64,000 nt of DNA from a virus. Shown here one piece after another: positions 41,743-50,397 of the stretch (position 1 is its first letter; each line of letters begins with the position of its first letter). The notes beneath the pieces were generated by a model. That model was given only the letters and a program-made list of their open reading frames with translations, searched no databases and was not told the origin of the DNA. The DNA lies in IMG/VR virus record IMGVR_UViG_3300001589_007665, positions 1 through 64,000 of that record; one strand, given 5' to 3'. Both the position numbers and the translations under genes were made by a program.

Positions 41743-43890
41743 ATGGCGCATACATCACTATTTGATTTTACTAGACCCCATAGATCTGTTAATTTGCTCA
41801 CCACTTCTGGTGAATGGGATGGAAAAATTAGAGCTACTACGGTAGGCACTAATGGCATGCCATCATATTATGAAACTTATGATCAAAATGGAGGAGTTTC
41901 TGAATTTACAGAAAAGTCTGTACTTTTAAGAGACAAAGATTTAAATGGAATGCCATATAATTTTTCTATGGGTAAACAGGCTTGGGGAGGTAATTATCTT
42001 TTATCAAAAGATGGATTTACAGCTTCTAGAAACCAAGAATCATTTACTACAGTAGCTATTAGTTCTGGCAATTCCGGTTTTGGATTCAGAGTCGGTTCTA
42101 TCAGCTCTTCTATAGAATTAAGCGGTACCGTTTCTGGTGCAAATATTACTTTTTCTGCTGGAACATATGATCCAATACACATGGATAAAAGAGTTGAAGT
42201 TTCAGGTTCTGGCATGTTGAGCTTTGCAACTATTGCTAATGTAGTTCTAAAATCTAACAACGAAGTAAAAGTCATATTAGATAGAGATAGTAATGTTAAT
42301 GGAGACAGAAATATAAAACTTACTTTGTCAAACCCTTTTAATATTCCACATATGGCTATTGTAGCTAATTCTGGAAACAGTCCAGATGGTTTTTCACCAG
42401 GACATGGTAAAGTTGATTCTAATTATAATATTGGTAAATATTGTGTCACTAATGATCAATGGACAAATTTTTTAAATACAGCAGCTTCTGGATCTTTACA
42501 TGATGAGCTATGGAATTCAAAAATGGAAGGTATTGAAAGAACTGGCGTAGGCTCTACTTATGAATATACAACCAAAGATCTCTATTACAACAAGCCTTTA
42601 GAAGTTGTCAGCTGGCAAGCTGCTGCTATGTATTGCAATTTCTTGCATAATTCTAGTAAAAACGACACAAGACCAGCTTCTGCAAGATTATTAGATGGGG
42701 CTTATGATCTCAAAAGTAATGTTAAAAGCTTTAATAGAAGTTCTGGTGCGAGATACTTTTTGCCGTCTGTTAGTGAATGGTATAAAGCAGCATATTATAA
42801 TCCTGGTGGTACAGATATTTATGGTAGAACATATATTCCTAGTGGTGCGGGATATAAAGATTTTGCTATTATGAATGATGAAGAACCTTCTGTTCAAGAA
42901 AGCATCAATGATCATGGCGATGGTCCCCAAGTATTAGATGCTGGTCTTTTTGATAGAAATAGTTTCGAAGAAATTGTAAAATTATCTGGACATAGTGGTT
43001 CTGATAAAATTTTATGGGCTTTACATGGAGCCGCTGACAGATGGGATAGTGTTATTACTCTTATTAGAGATTATAGACATAAAGATGCTCAGACACAAGG
43101 TCAATACAAGAATTCTGCTAGATATTTTCAAATGAAAACAGCATATGAGCATCATTCTGCAGCCATTAGAAAAACAGGAGCTCTTTGGTATGGACTTAAG
43201 CTAGATCAGATTAATTTTTATTCTAGTTCTGATAACAGCATAGCGTCTTGTGGACCTCAAATGATAGCGTTTACAGATGATAAACTTCCTGGCTCTGTTA
43301 CCTCATGTAGACAAAGATGGATGCCATTAACATTTGTTTTAGACGTTAATACACGTTTTTTAAATACTTTTAGCGAAAATGATTGGTTGGAAATTATGAC
43401 TCATGAATTGGGTCATGGTTTAGGTTTCGGCACTTTATGGAACAGAAATTTTGGCCCTAACGTAAGAAATCCATGGAACAGCTGTAGTAGTGCAGGTGGA
43501 ACTGGATCTGAAGGAGCATATAATGCTACTGATTTAGATGGAGATTTCTTTATTAACACAAGCAAAGCATACAATTCTGCTGTTAATGACGGAGTAGAAA
43601 GAAGACTAATACCCATTACTGGAGCTCACTGGGTTAGTAATTATAGGGACGATACTACCGCTACAGACGGATTAGAATATCCAGGCTTAAGTAACGAGTT
43701 GATGCAAGTTAATTATATTGCTAACAGTATAATTTCAACAGTAACTATTAATAACATGATTGACTTAGGTTATTACGGTCATGTAAATCATATTACTGGC
43801 GAATCCAGCTTAAGTTTAGACAACAAAGTAGGTGCATCTTCTATACCTAGAATTATAGGTCTCGGTGACCCAAATTGTCGTCAAGTATAA
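41743..43890 (+). CDS. Circularly permuted FGE/CLec-fold domain fused to an HExxH zinc metallopeptidase (leishmanolysin/M8-like)
   Basis: TTVGTNG.PSYY.TYDQNG...GFRV precedes IGKYCVTNDQW...VSWQAAAMYCN...LPSVSEWYKAAYY; then THELGHGLGFG (43402), AHW and NELM Met-turn. Confidence 0.8.
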   Translation: MAHTSLFDFTRPHRSVNLLTTSGEWDGKIRATTVGTNGMPSYYETYDQNGGVSEFTEKSVLLRDKDLNGMPYNFSMGKQAWGGNYLLSKDGFTASRNQESFTTVAISSGNSGFGFRVGSISSSIELSGTVSGANITFSAGTYDPIHMDKRVEVSGSGMLSFATIANVVLKSNNEVKVILDRDSNVNGDRNIKLTLSNPFNIPHMAIVANSGNSPDGFSPGHGKVDSNYNIGKYCVTNDQWTNFLNTAASGSLHDELWNSKMEGIERTGVGSTYEYTTKDLYYNKPLEVVSWQAAAMYCNFLHNSSKNDTRPASARLLDGAYDLKSNVKSFNRSSGARYFLPSVSEWYKAAYYNPGGTDIYGRTYIPSGAGYKDFAIMNDEEPSVQESINDHGDGPQVLDAGLFDRNSFEEIVKLSGHSGSDKILWALHGAADRWDSVITLIRDYRHKDAQTQGQYKNSARYFQMKTAYEHHSAAIRKTGALWYGLKLDQINFYSSSDNSIASCGPQMIAFTDDKLPGSVTSCRQRWMPLTFVLDVNTRFLNTFSENDWLEIMTHELGHGLGFGTLWNRNFGPNVRNPWNSCSSAGGTGSEGAYNATDLDGDFFINTSKAYNSAVNDGVERRLIPITGAHWVSNYRDDTTATDGLEYPGLSNELMQVNYIANSIISTVTINNMIDLGYYGHVNHITGESSLSLDNKVGASSIPRIIGLGDPNCRQV

Positions 43891-43891
43891 A

Positions 43892-44218
43892 TTATTTTTT
43901 ATTATTGGATGTATATTTATACCATCCATTATTCTTGGTATAATTACCATCGGCATCTTTTCTCTTGGGGAAAAGAGTTCCGCCCTTTTTATGTTGACCA
44001 TATGACAGAACTGCTCCGCAGTCCATGCATCGTAATTCATAGTATTCATTATCATCCACAACTCTTACTACAAACTTAATATTTTCAGATCCACATATTC
44101 CACATTTAACTTCTCCAAAAATTTCTTGGATACTAGCTATTTCTTTAAAAAGCTCTTTTTGGCCAGCACCATCTAATTCAAACTCAAGTTTGTCTCCTAC
44201 CTTATATTTTGCTTTCAT
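43892..44218 (-). CDS. Small Zn-ribbon protein, unknown function
   Basis: 108 aa; CGIC...CMDC. Confidence 0.7.
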   Translation of the reverse strand: MKAKYKVGDKLEFELDGAGQKELFKEIASIQEIFGEVKCGICGSENIKFVVRVVDDNEYYELRCMDCGAVLSYGQHKKGGTLFPKRKDADGNYTKNNGWYKYTSNNKK

Positions 44219-44222
44219 AATA

Positions 44223-44900
44223 CTATTTCCACTCCGAATTATATTCTAGGATAGTTGAAGGTATATTATCTACGTCTTGTTGATAGGCAGATAATTTTCT
44301 AATCATCTTAACAGCATCTCCATGGTCCATAGCATATATATTCTTAGAATCTATACTTTCAGAATCAAGCAATGATGTTATATTTATATTAAGTCTTTTT
44401 CCTAATACGTCAATGAAATTAATCTGATTATTTGTTATTTTACTAACAGTATTCCCATCTAGATCCTCTACCTCTTTAGCTATTTCTTCCGCAGCAACAA
44501 CTTTTCTAAGCTTTAAGCCCCTTCTCAAGGCCCTACCTTCAGCCCTAGTTTCTGCTACAGCAATAGGATGATTTCTATATATCTTGTCGCAATTGCCCCA
44601 ATAAACGTCAGCGGCCCCATTAACGGTTATTGTTTTAAATTGTTGATCAATCTTCGGATCATTTAAAATATAGACCAGGGTGTGTATCACTGTGGCTCTG
44701 TTGCCATTCTCTGGGTTTGGAAACTGAGGTATGCTAGAAGAACACTCTACGAGAGTACAATCCAAAGCGGCCTCAAATATTCTTCTCAAGCCATCTGTAG
44801 TAGGATTGTCCGCAATTTTTTCATCATCAGACAATAGTCCTAGAACGTAATCATTCCATTCAATATCATTAGGAGAAGGCTTATTAGGTTTTCTTGGCAT
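44223..44900 (-). CDS. Putative ssDNA-annealing protein (Rad52/Sak/ERF-like)
   Basis: GAADV...VAETRAEGRALRRGL motif, C-terminal ITNNQINFI helical module, replication context. Confidence 0.5.
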   Translation of the reverse strand: MPRKPNKPSPNDIEWNDYVLGLLSDDEKIADNPTTDGLRRIFEAALDCTLVECSSSIPQFPNPENGNRATVIHTLVYILNDPKIDQQFKTITVNGAADVYWGNCDKIYRNHPIAVAETRAEGRALRRGLKLRKVVAAEEIAKEVEDLDGNTVSKITNNQINFIDVLGKRLNINITSLLDSESIDSKNIYAMDHGDAVKMIRKLSAYQQDVDNIPSTILEYNSEWK

Positions 44901-44902
44901 TT

Positions 44903-45712
44903 TTAATTATCCTTAATGTGAAAAATTCTATTATCTGCATCTGGAAATTTATCAGTTATTTGTTTAACAATATCTAGTAATTGATCAAATATTAGGTAGG
45001 ATCTAGAAACGGAAAAGTCCATTTTTTGTTGTATGCGTACTAGCACCATTCCTTTGCCTAATATTAAACCTTGTTTTTTATTATCATATGTTTTAGTCTT
45101 CTTTAATGTATCCGATCCCCATACAGGACTAAAATGTGAAGGCCCATCAACTTCTATCGCTACATTTATCTTAGGAAGATACAGGTCTATTTGCAACTTT
45201 GTATTTACAAGACTTTGCTCTTGATGAAATATAACATCTATATTGTTCTTAATGAGTTGCTCTAATAAAAATTTTTCTAGTTTTGACCCAACTTTACTAG
45301 TAGTTCTTATCGCTTCATTAGCAGATTGTTTCATTAATTGCTTTTGCTCATCAGACATGTCATTCCATAGTTTTCTATGAGTTTCTTTTCTTTGTTCAAG
45401 TTCGTTACTATCTAAACTATCCCAAGACTGCAAAACTCCCATGCCTATTTTCCTTTTCGTTTCTTCGGTGCGATGAGTACCTTTGGTTGGATGTTTATGT
45501 TTACCTGTTTTTAAAGCATTTTTTTGTGCTTCGCTTTTATTTCTAATTGGTATATTAAACTTTTTAGCATCTCTCCTTAACTTATTGGCATATGTATTAT
45601 ATGTGGACGCTATATCAGCAAAACTGTTTTTGTTTTTAACATATAAGTCTTTTAGCAGTTCTATTTTTTTAGCGTCTGTTAAATTATTATAGGATGTTTT
45701 TGATGCTTTCAT
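44903..45712 (-). CDS. HTH + NUMOD3 + DUF559/Vsr-like endonuclease (homing-endonuclease-like architecture)
   Basis: LYVKNKNSFADIA...FNIPIR; HPTKGTHRTEETKRKIG; QIDLYLP...AIEVDGPSHF...YD. Confidence 0.75.
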   Translation of the reverse strand: MKASKTSYNNLTDAKKIELLKDLYVKNKNSFADIASTYNTYANKLRRDAKKFNIPIRNKSEAQKNALKTGKHKHPTKGTHRTEETKRKIGMGVLQSWDSLDSNELEQRKETHRKLWNDMSDEQKQLMKQSANEAIRTTSKVGSKLEKFLLEQLIKNNIDVIFHQEQSLVNTKLQIDLYLPKINVAIEVDGPSHFSPVWGSDTLKKTKTYDNKKQGLILGKGMVLVRIQQKMDFSVSRSYLIFDQLLDIVKQITDKFPDADNRIFHIKDN

Positions 45713-46145
45713 GGTTTAGGTTCCTAGAGATACATATTGGTTTTTTCCAGCATAAGTCATAAACTTCTGATATTTTATCATTAGAAGCTATAAATTCCAA
45801 ATTCTTTGTTTCAAACATTTCTTTTATGTTTTGATATCTAGAATATGATTGATTAGACCATATAGAATCTGAAACAAAAAAGAATATTTTATTAATATTA
45901 GGAAAATTCTTTGCCATCATTAATGACAAACTATCAAATACAACAAGATTGCCATAGAAAAACTTTGCCTGATTAATGTGTAATATAGGTATGTTTTTGG
46001 TGTGTAATTTTTCGTTATAGCTATTAAAAATACATATCTGATTATACGGATTGCTATCTATTATAGATTTTATAGACTCAAATATAGATTCATGCATTTG
46101 GGCATTATTCGTTTTTAGTATTATAAATCCTAAATCTTGTTTCAT
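45687..46145 (-). CDS. Glycosyltransferase-associated hypothetical protein (GT-B N-terminal-like fragment)
   Basis: 152 aa; KIFFFVSD..W and EFIASN segments; position in the GT cluster. Confidence 0.45.
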   Translation of the reverse strand: MKQDLGFIILKTNNAQMHESIFESIKSIIDSNPYNQICIFNSYNEKLHTKNIPILHINQAKFFYGNLVVFDSLSLMMAKNFPNINKIFFFVSDSIWSNQSYSRYQNIKEMFETKNLEFIASNDKISEVYDLCWKKPICISRNLNHESIKNIL

Positions 46146-46801
46146 TTAATGATGCTCCCAATATAGTCTGAGTATGTTTGATATTTTTTAGAGTCTAAAT
46201 TTATTTCGTTTAATTTTGTGTCTAATACCTTGCATCCACACAAAGTTGCCTCTAAAGCATAGAATTGATTTTGACAGATGTAAGTGTGGGAATCATTTAA
46301 GACATTATTTTTATCATTCTCTGTTAAGAAACCTAAATTCTGTACATGATTTATTTTTTGATTATTAAACATTTTAATTTTATATTTGCTTTTATTAGGA
46401 TATAATAACCGTGTCATATCATCGTTTATATCTGTTTCATTATCTAAAAAGTAAGAAGCATTAATGCCTCTGCTTTTATTTTGTTGATTAAAAAATCTAT
46501 ATGGATTGTATAATAGAGGGATATCTTTGTCATATAGATGAACGATATTTTTTATCTTATCGACATCTGTTGCTTGTTCTGAAATATGATAAACTATTAT
46601 TTTACTATCAGTAATATTTGTACAGAAATGAATCTCTTCATGCGTGAGTTTTTCTGCAACAAAAATATACAGATTTGGTTTTTTAGTTTGATGTATTTTA
46701 TATACATTGTTGAAAAAGTCAATATACGCAATAGTATGGCCAGATACAGAGTCTAGATTATTAATAAACTTATTATCATCTTTTTGTACAATTATTTGCA
46801 T
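46142..46801 (-). CDS. Degenerate GT-B/GT4-like protein
   Basis: 219 aa; YNPYRFFN, NLGFLTE...VLN...LEATLCGCKVL retains only the second Glu of the E-x7-E motif. Confidence 0.5.
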   Translation of the reverse strand: MQIIVQKDDNKFINNLDSVSGHTIAYIDFFNNVYKIHQTKKPNLYIFVAEKLTHEEIHFCTNITDSKIIVYHISEQATDVDKIKNIVHLYDKDIPLLYNPYRFFNQQNKSRGINASYFLDNETDINDDMTRLLYPNKSKYKIKMFNNQKINHVQNLGFLTENDKNNVLNDSHTYICQNQFYALEATLCGCKVLDTKLNEINLDSKKYQTYSDYIGSIIK

Positions 46802-47475
46802 TGAACAAACCTTTTGGCTTTCTTTATGTCATTAGTACTATTTACTTTCATAATATTCCTATATGATATTGTATGATGCTCTATATCAGAACTTTCTTGT
46901 AAAAAATTTATAATTTCAAATAGAAAATAATTATTAATTTGTTTCTGTTCATTCATTGTTAATATCTTTTGCAGATCAGACTTAACCAAAAAAGCACATT
47001 CGCACCATTTTTGTTGTAATTCGTAGAATAAATATTTAGAATCCTTGTTATGACAACCTATACTAAAATTATCTTTATCTCTGTCTAAAAGAAAAATTTT
47101 TGATTTATCTTTTTTTCTAATGCTGCTAAAACACCTATTTTTAAATAAAACTCCATTTTTTATAATAAACAGATTATTGAGACTATCTATATTGTTTTTA
47201 ATATAATTGATAATGTGCTTAGATTCGTTACAATTTTCGTATTCAGATTCATAAATACTATGTACATTTTTATACTTATCTGCAACCTTTTTAACTTTGT
47301 TATGTTGGAATCCAGTAGATAAATATATTTTATTTTGTCTATTCATTATTTTTATTGATTTAATCTGATAGTCTAAGATTGTGTTTTTTGAATTAATAGG
47401 CAAAAGAGCTTTTGAACCTATTGATTTCATACCTTTTGTAATTTCTGGCATTATTATTAGATAGTCATTACTCAT
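46792..47475 (-). CDS. Sugar/choline-phosphate nucleotidyltransferase-like protein with degenerate signature
   Basis: LIIMPEITKGMKSIGSKALLPI...TILDYQI...STGF; C-terminal MKVNSTNDIKKA; the GxGxR motif is missing. Confidence 0.65.
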   Translation of the reverse strand: MSNDYLIIMPEITKGMKSIGSKALLPINSKNTILDYQIKSIKIMNRQNKIYLSTGFQHNKVKKVADKYKNVHSIYESEYENCNESKHIINYIKNNIDSLNNLFIIKNGVLFKNRCFSSIRKKDKSKIFLLDRDKDNFSIGCHNKDSKYLFYELQQKWCECAFLVKSDLQKILTMNEQKQINNYFLFEIINFLQESSDIEHHTISYRNIMKVNSTNDIKKAKRFVQCK

Positions 47476-48220
47476 AGTACGGATGTATTACTTCTGTGTC
47501 TTTTTTTAAGGTGTCCATATAGTATTTATTATTTTTTTCGGAATATGATTTAATTTCTTTAAACGTCACTATAGGCAGACATAAACCATTTAGATCTCCA
47601 GTAGATTTTCTTAATCCAGCAACTCCTGGTGGTCTTTTGACGGTAGCTAAAAAATTTACATAATTAATTTGTTCTTGTAGTTCTGAAAAATTTTCACGAC
47701 TATAGCACAAGTATCCTGTCTTATTTGCTTCTAAATTAGTACCTGTAATTGTATTAAAAATATTATTTTCATCCATATTGCCTGTACTATTAACAAAATT
47801 ATGTGATTTCCAAGAAATCTTATTTCTTTTTTTCATGCCATCAATAAATTTTAGAATATCTTCTTTATTTAGGACACAAGCTATAGATATTTCATATGGC
47901 TTGATATATAATTTATCTATATAGTCGTCATATATTTTAAATATATCGTCTACTGTTTTATCTACTAAATTTAATATTAGGTAGTAACTAATAGCATTTT
48001 TACGACGAACATAATCTATAAAATCTTTTGATAAATCATCTTTATGTTTATTGAATTGTTTTTTAGAAAAAGCGTAAGAACATTTATAGTTTTTAATAAT
48101 GGTGTTACTGTCTGTTTCTTCAACCGTATATTCTTTTGAAATCAAAGAAGGTATATTAAACAAGCAATCACTGTCTTGAAAAAAATAACAAAGAGAACAT
48201 ACAGTATTAACTTCGCTCAT
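47468..48220 (-). CDS. Hypothetical protein in the glycosyltransferase cluster
   Basis: 250 aa; N-terminal CSLC..F...C; coupled to both neighbours. Confidence 0.6.
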   Translation of the reverse strand: MSEVNTVCSLCYFFQDSDCLFNIPSLISKEYTVEETDSNTIIKNYKCSYAFSKKQFNKHKDDLSKDFIDYVRRKNAISYYLILNLVDKTVDDIFKIYDDYIDKLYIKPYEISIACVLNKEDILKFIDGMKKRNKISWKSHNFVNSTGNMDENNIFNTITGTNLEANKTGYLCYSRENFSELQEQINYVNFLATVKRPPGVAGLRKSTGDLNGLCLPIVTFKEIKSYSEKNNKYYMDTLKKDTEVIHPYYE

Positions 48221-48630
48221 AAAGAAATCCTTTGAATTTTATACAAACTATGTATATCATCACTAGATACGTCTACAATTTTTACATCTGGCTTATTATG
48301 AAACATTTCAAAAATTTCTGGCTGGTTAATAATACAAGTAACTCCATGCATGGACTTACAAACATCATCATCAGATATTTTTTGAAACTTGTAAGAATCA
48401 ATTATATGATTAAAGTTTAACAGTTTTAATGTCAGAGTCCCAGACTGTTTAAGTTTGTTTACAGCAATATTAATAATATTTAAACTATCTGTTTTTGGAA
48501 ACATATTTAATATAGCAAGATACATATTGTTGTTTGAAAAATTGGGTATAGAGTCTAACGAATTGATGTCTATATTTTCAGCAGACTCCAACTGATGGGT
48601 GTCTTTATAACAAATGTTAGTTAGGCGCAT
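48217..48630 (-). CDS. Truncated/degenerate class I SAM-methyltransferase-like protein
   Basis: 137 aa; IPNFS...ILNMFP...NKLKQSGTLTL resembles the 'LKPGG' half of the fold; no GxG motif I. Confidence 0.4.
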   Translation of the reverse strand: MRLTNICYKDTHQLESAENIDINSLDSIPNFSNNNMYLAILNMFPKTDSLNIINIAVNKLKQSGTLTLKLLNFNHIIDSYKFQKISDDDVCKSMHGVTCIINQPEIFEMFHNKPDVKIVDVSSDDIHSLYKIQRISL

Positions 48631-49477
48631 TATTGGCTCCCTGTAAAATTTTTGTCAAATTATCATTAAAAGTTTCAATATTATATATCTCAGATAAGTC
48701 TGATATGTCTGTTGGGTCTTTACTCATTGCATAATTTACGCATTCAAAAGCATTCTGAAAACTACCAAATTGTAATATATGGTTATTTATAGGAGAGTCC
48801 GTCAAATCTAAACTTGTAATACCAACACCTTTACATAGTGTACAAAGTATTAAATTGATTTTTGATTCTAGGTCTATAACTACTTTATATTTACCTATTT
48901 GATTTATCGTGTTTTCTATATCTCCACTTGTACTATTGATCATATCAGAATCTTTATCTGTTTTTTTAATTTCTTCAAATAGCTGATTTAATACATCATT
49001 ATTGCTGTGGTTAATAATTAATATATTTTTTTCTTTTTTAACATTTGTTGCATAGGGGATACCATATTCTATATTGTAGCTTTTTTTAAGTACACTGTCA
49101 GAATTTCTATTAAAATTAATAATAGTAATATAATCATGTTTTAAATTATTATTTAATATATGTAAATCTTCTCTTTTTATCTTAGTAAGATCTTCATGAT
49201 TAAAAATGATAATATGTATATTTGAATTTTTTAATTCTAGCAGGGCAGAAGATTCTATCATAAGAGTGTTAAATAGCATATAGTCATAATTAAAATCGTA
49301 TACCTTATTTTGTTCAGCAAGTGTTTGTTTATAGAGAACTACGATTTCAGGATGTTCAAAAAGTATAGCGTCAAAAATTGTATTGTTGGAGTTAGATAAA
49401 CAGATATTTTTAAAACTATTTACCTTAGTTCTTAATCTGTGAAAAACATTAGATATGGGCCATTCATTGTTTAACAT
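48617..49477 (-). CDS. Degenerate glycosyltransferase-like protein
   Basis: 286 aa; IEYGIP, YKVVIDL...LCKGVGITS and YNIETFNDNL GT-B-like segments without catalytic Glu residues. Confidence 0.45.
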   Translation of the reverse strand: MLNNEWPISNVFHRLRTKVNSFKNICLSNSNNTIFDAILFEHPEIVVLYKQTLAEQNKVYDFNYDYMLFNTLMIESSALLELKNSNIHIIIFNHEDLTKIKREDLHILNNNLKHDYITIINFNRNSDSVLKKSYNIEYGIPYATNVKKEKNILIINHSNNDVLNQLFEEIKKTDKDSDMINSTSGDIENTINQIGKYKVVIDLESKINLILCTLCKGVGITSLDLTDSPINNHILQFGSFQNAFECVNYAMSKDPTDISDLSEIYNIETFNDNLTKILQGANNAPN

Positions 49478-50397
49478 AATAAGTCTTTAATATTTATCTC
49501 GTTGTTTTTTGATTGTTTTGCGTCTTTTGTTTGAAATGATGCTTGCAAAGATTTATTGATAATAGTATAAGTTGTATTATTGTGGTTATTATTAATATCT
49601 AAGTCTAGGTCACTATAATCAATACAACGATTGCCGTATGATCTAGACAGAGAATATTGTAATACGGGGAAATAGTCTTGGTTTAAAGCCAAAAAGACAT
49701 CTCCGGCATTATGAAGAGAATGTAATACTTCTTCGTCTTTATCGAACATAAAAAATACCCTATCTGTATAGATATTGACATTATAGTACTTCTTAGCATT
49801 CCGATAAAAGTCAATAATTTCTGTTGCATTTGTTCTGTCATCAAATCGACAATAAATAACCAAAGAATTGTTTTGTGGTATTTGTAGAAAATTAGAAATT
49901 ATTAGCTTTAATACTTGCATATCCTGATCTTCTGCTATTGCATAAAATTTTGTAGTATCTTCGTATACAGGTAAAGACAAAGTATCTGTTTTTGTTTCTT
50001 GTTCAAAAGGTTTCAAGTGTATCAATCTATCTTTTTTAATACCGATACCAACAAAAGCATTGTAGTCAGAATTATTTGTTGTTAAAATTTTATCTACAAG
50101 TTCTAATTTGTTTTTAAATTCTAATGGTATGCTTTGCGTCGGAGACATTATTGGGACGAAGTAAGTTTTACTATTAATGTCTGGATGTAAATCAATTATG
50201 GTACAGTGTTGAATATTTATATCGGGATATTTTGTACAGCTTAGAACATTTTCATATGAAATATTTTGAGAGCCTCCATATATTGGATAGACATAATTAT
50301 TATTGCTCGTAACTTGGGATATCTCTTTGAAGAAAGAGACAGAAGCTTTACCGAGAAAAGAGTGTTGTAGTAATGGTCCTATATAAAGTATATTCAT
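49471..50397 (-). CDS. Degenerate GT4-like glycosyltransferase
   Basis: MNILYIGP...LGKAS; KFYAIAE; SLHNAGDVFLAL...YGN, with the E-x7-E residues absent. Confidence 0.6.
   Translation of the reverse strand: MNILYIGPLLQHSFLGKASVSFFKEISQVTSNNNYVYPIYGGSQNISYENVLSCTKYPDINIQHCTIIDLHPDINSKTYFVPIMSPTQSIPLEFKNKLELVDKILTTNNSDYNAFVGIGIKKDRLIHLKPFEQETKTDTLSLPVYEDTTKFYAIAEDQDMQVLKLIISNFLQIPQNNSLVIYCRFDDRTNATEIIDFYRNAKKYYNVNIYTDRVFFMFDKDEEVLHSLHNAGDVFLALNQDYFPVLQYSLSRSYGNRCIDYSDLDLDINNNHNNTTYTIINKSLQASFQTKDAKQSKNNEINIKDLLC

Noticed and set aside
1-43890. Eukaryotic or giant-virus origin suggested by formin/extensin-like polyproline, RCC1 and leishmanolysin-like domains
   Set aside because: SD sequences, coupled operons, a sigma70 promoter and DnaE/DnaB/DnaG/RecA/SSB indicate a bacteriophage.
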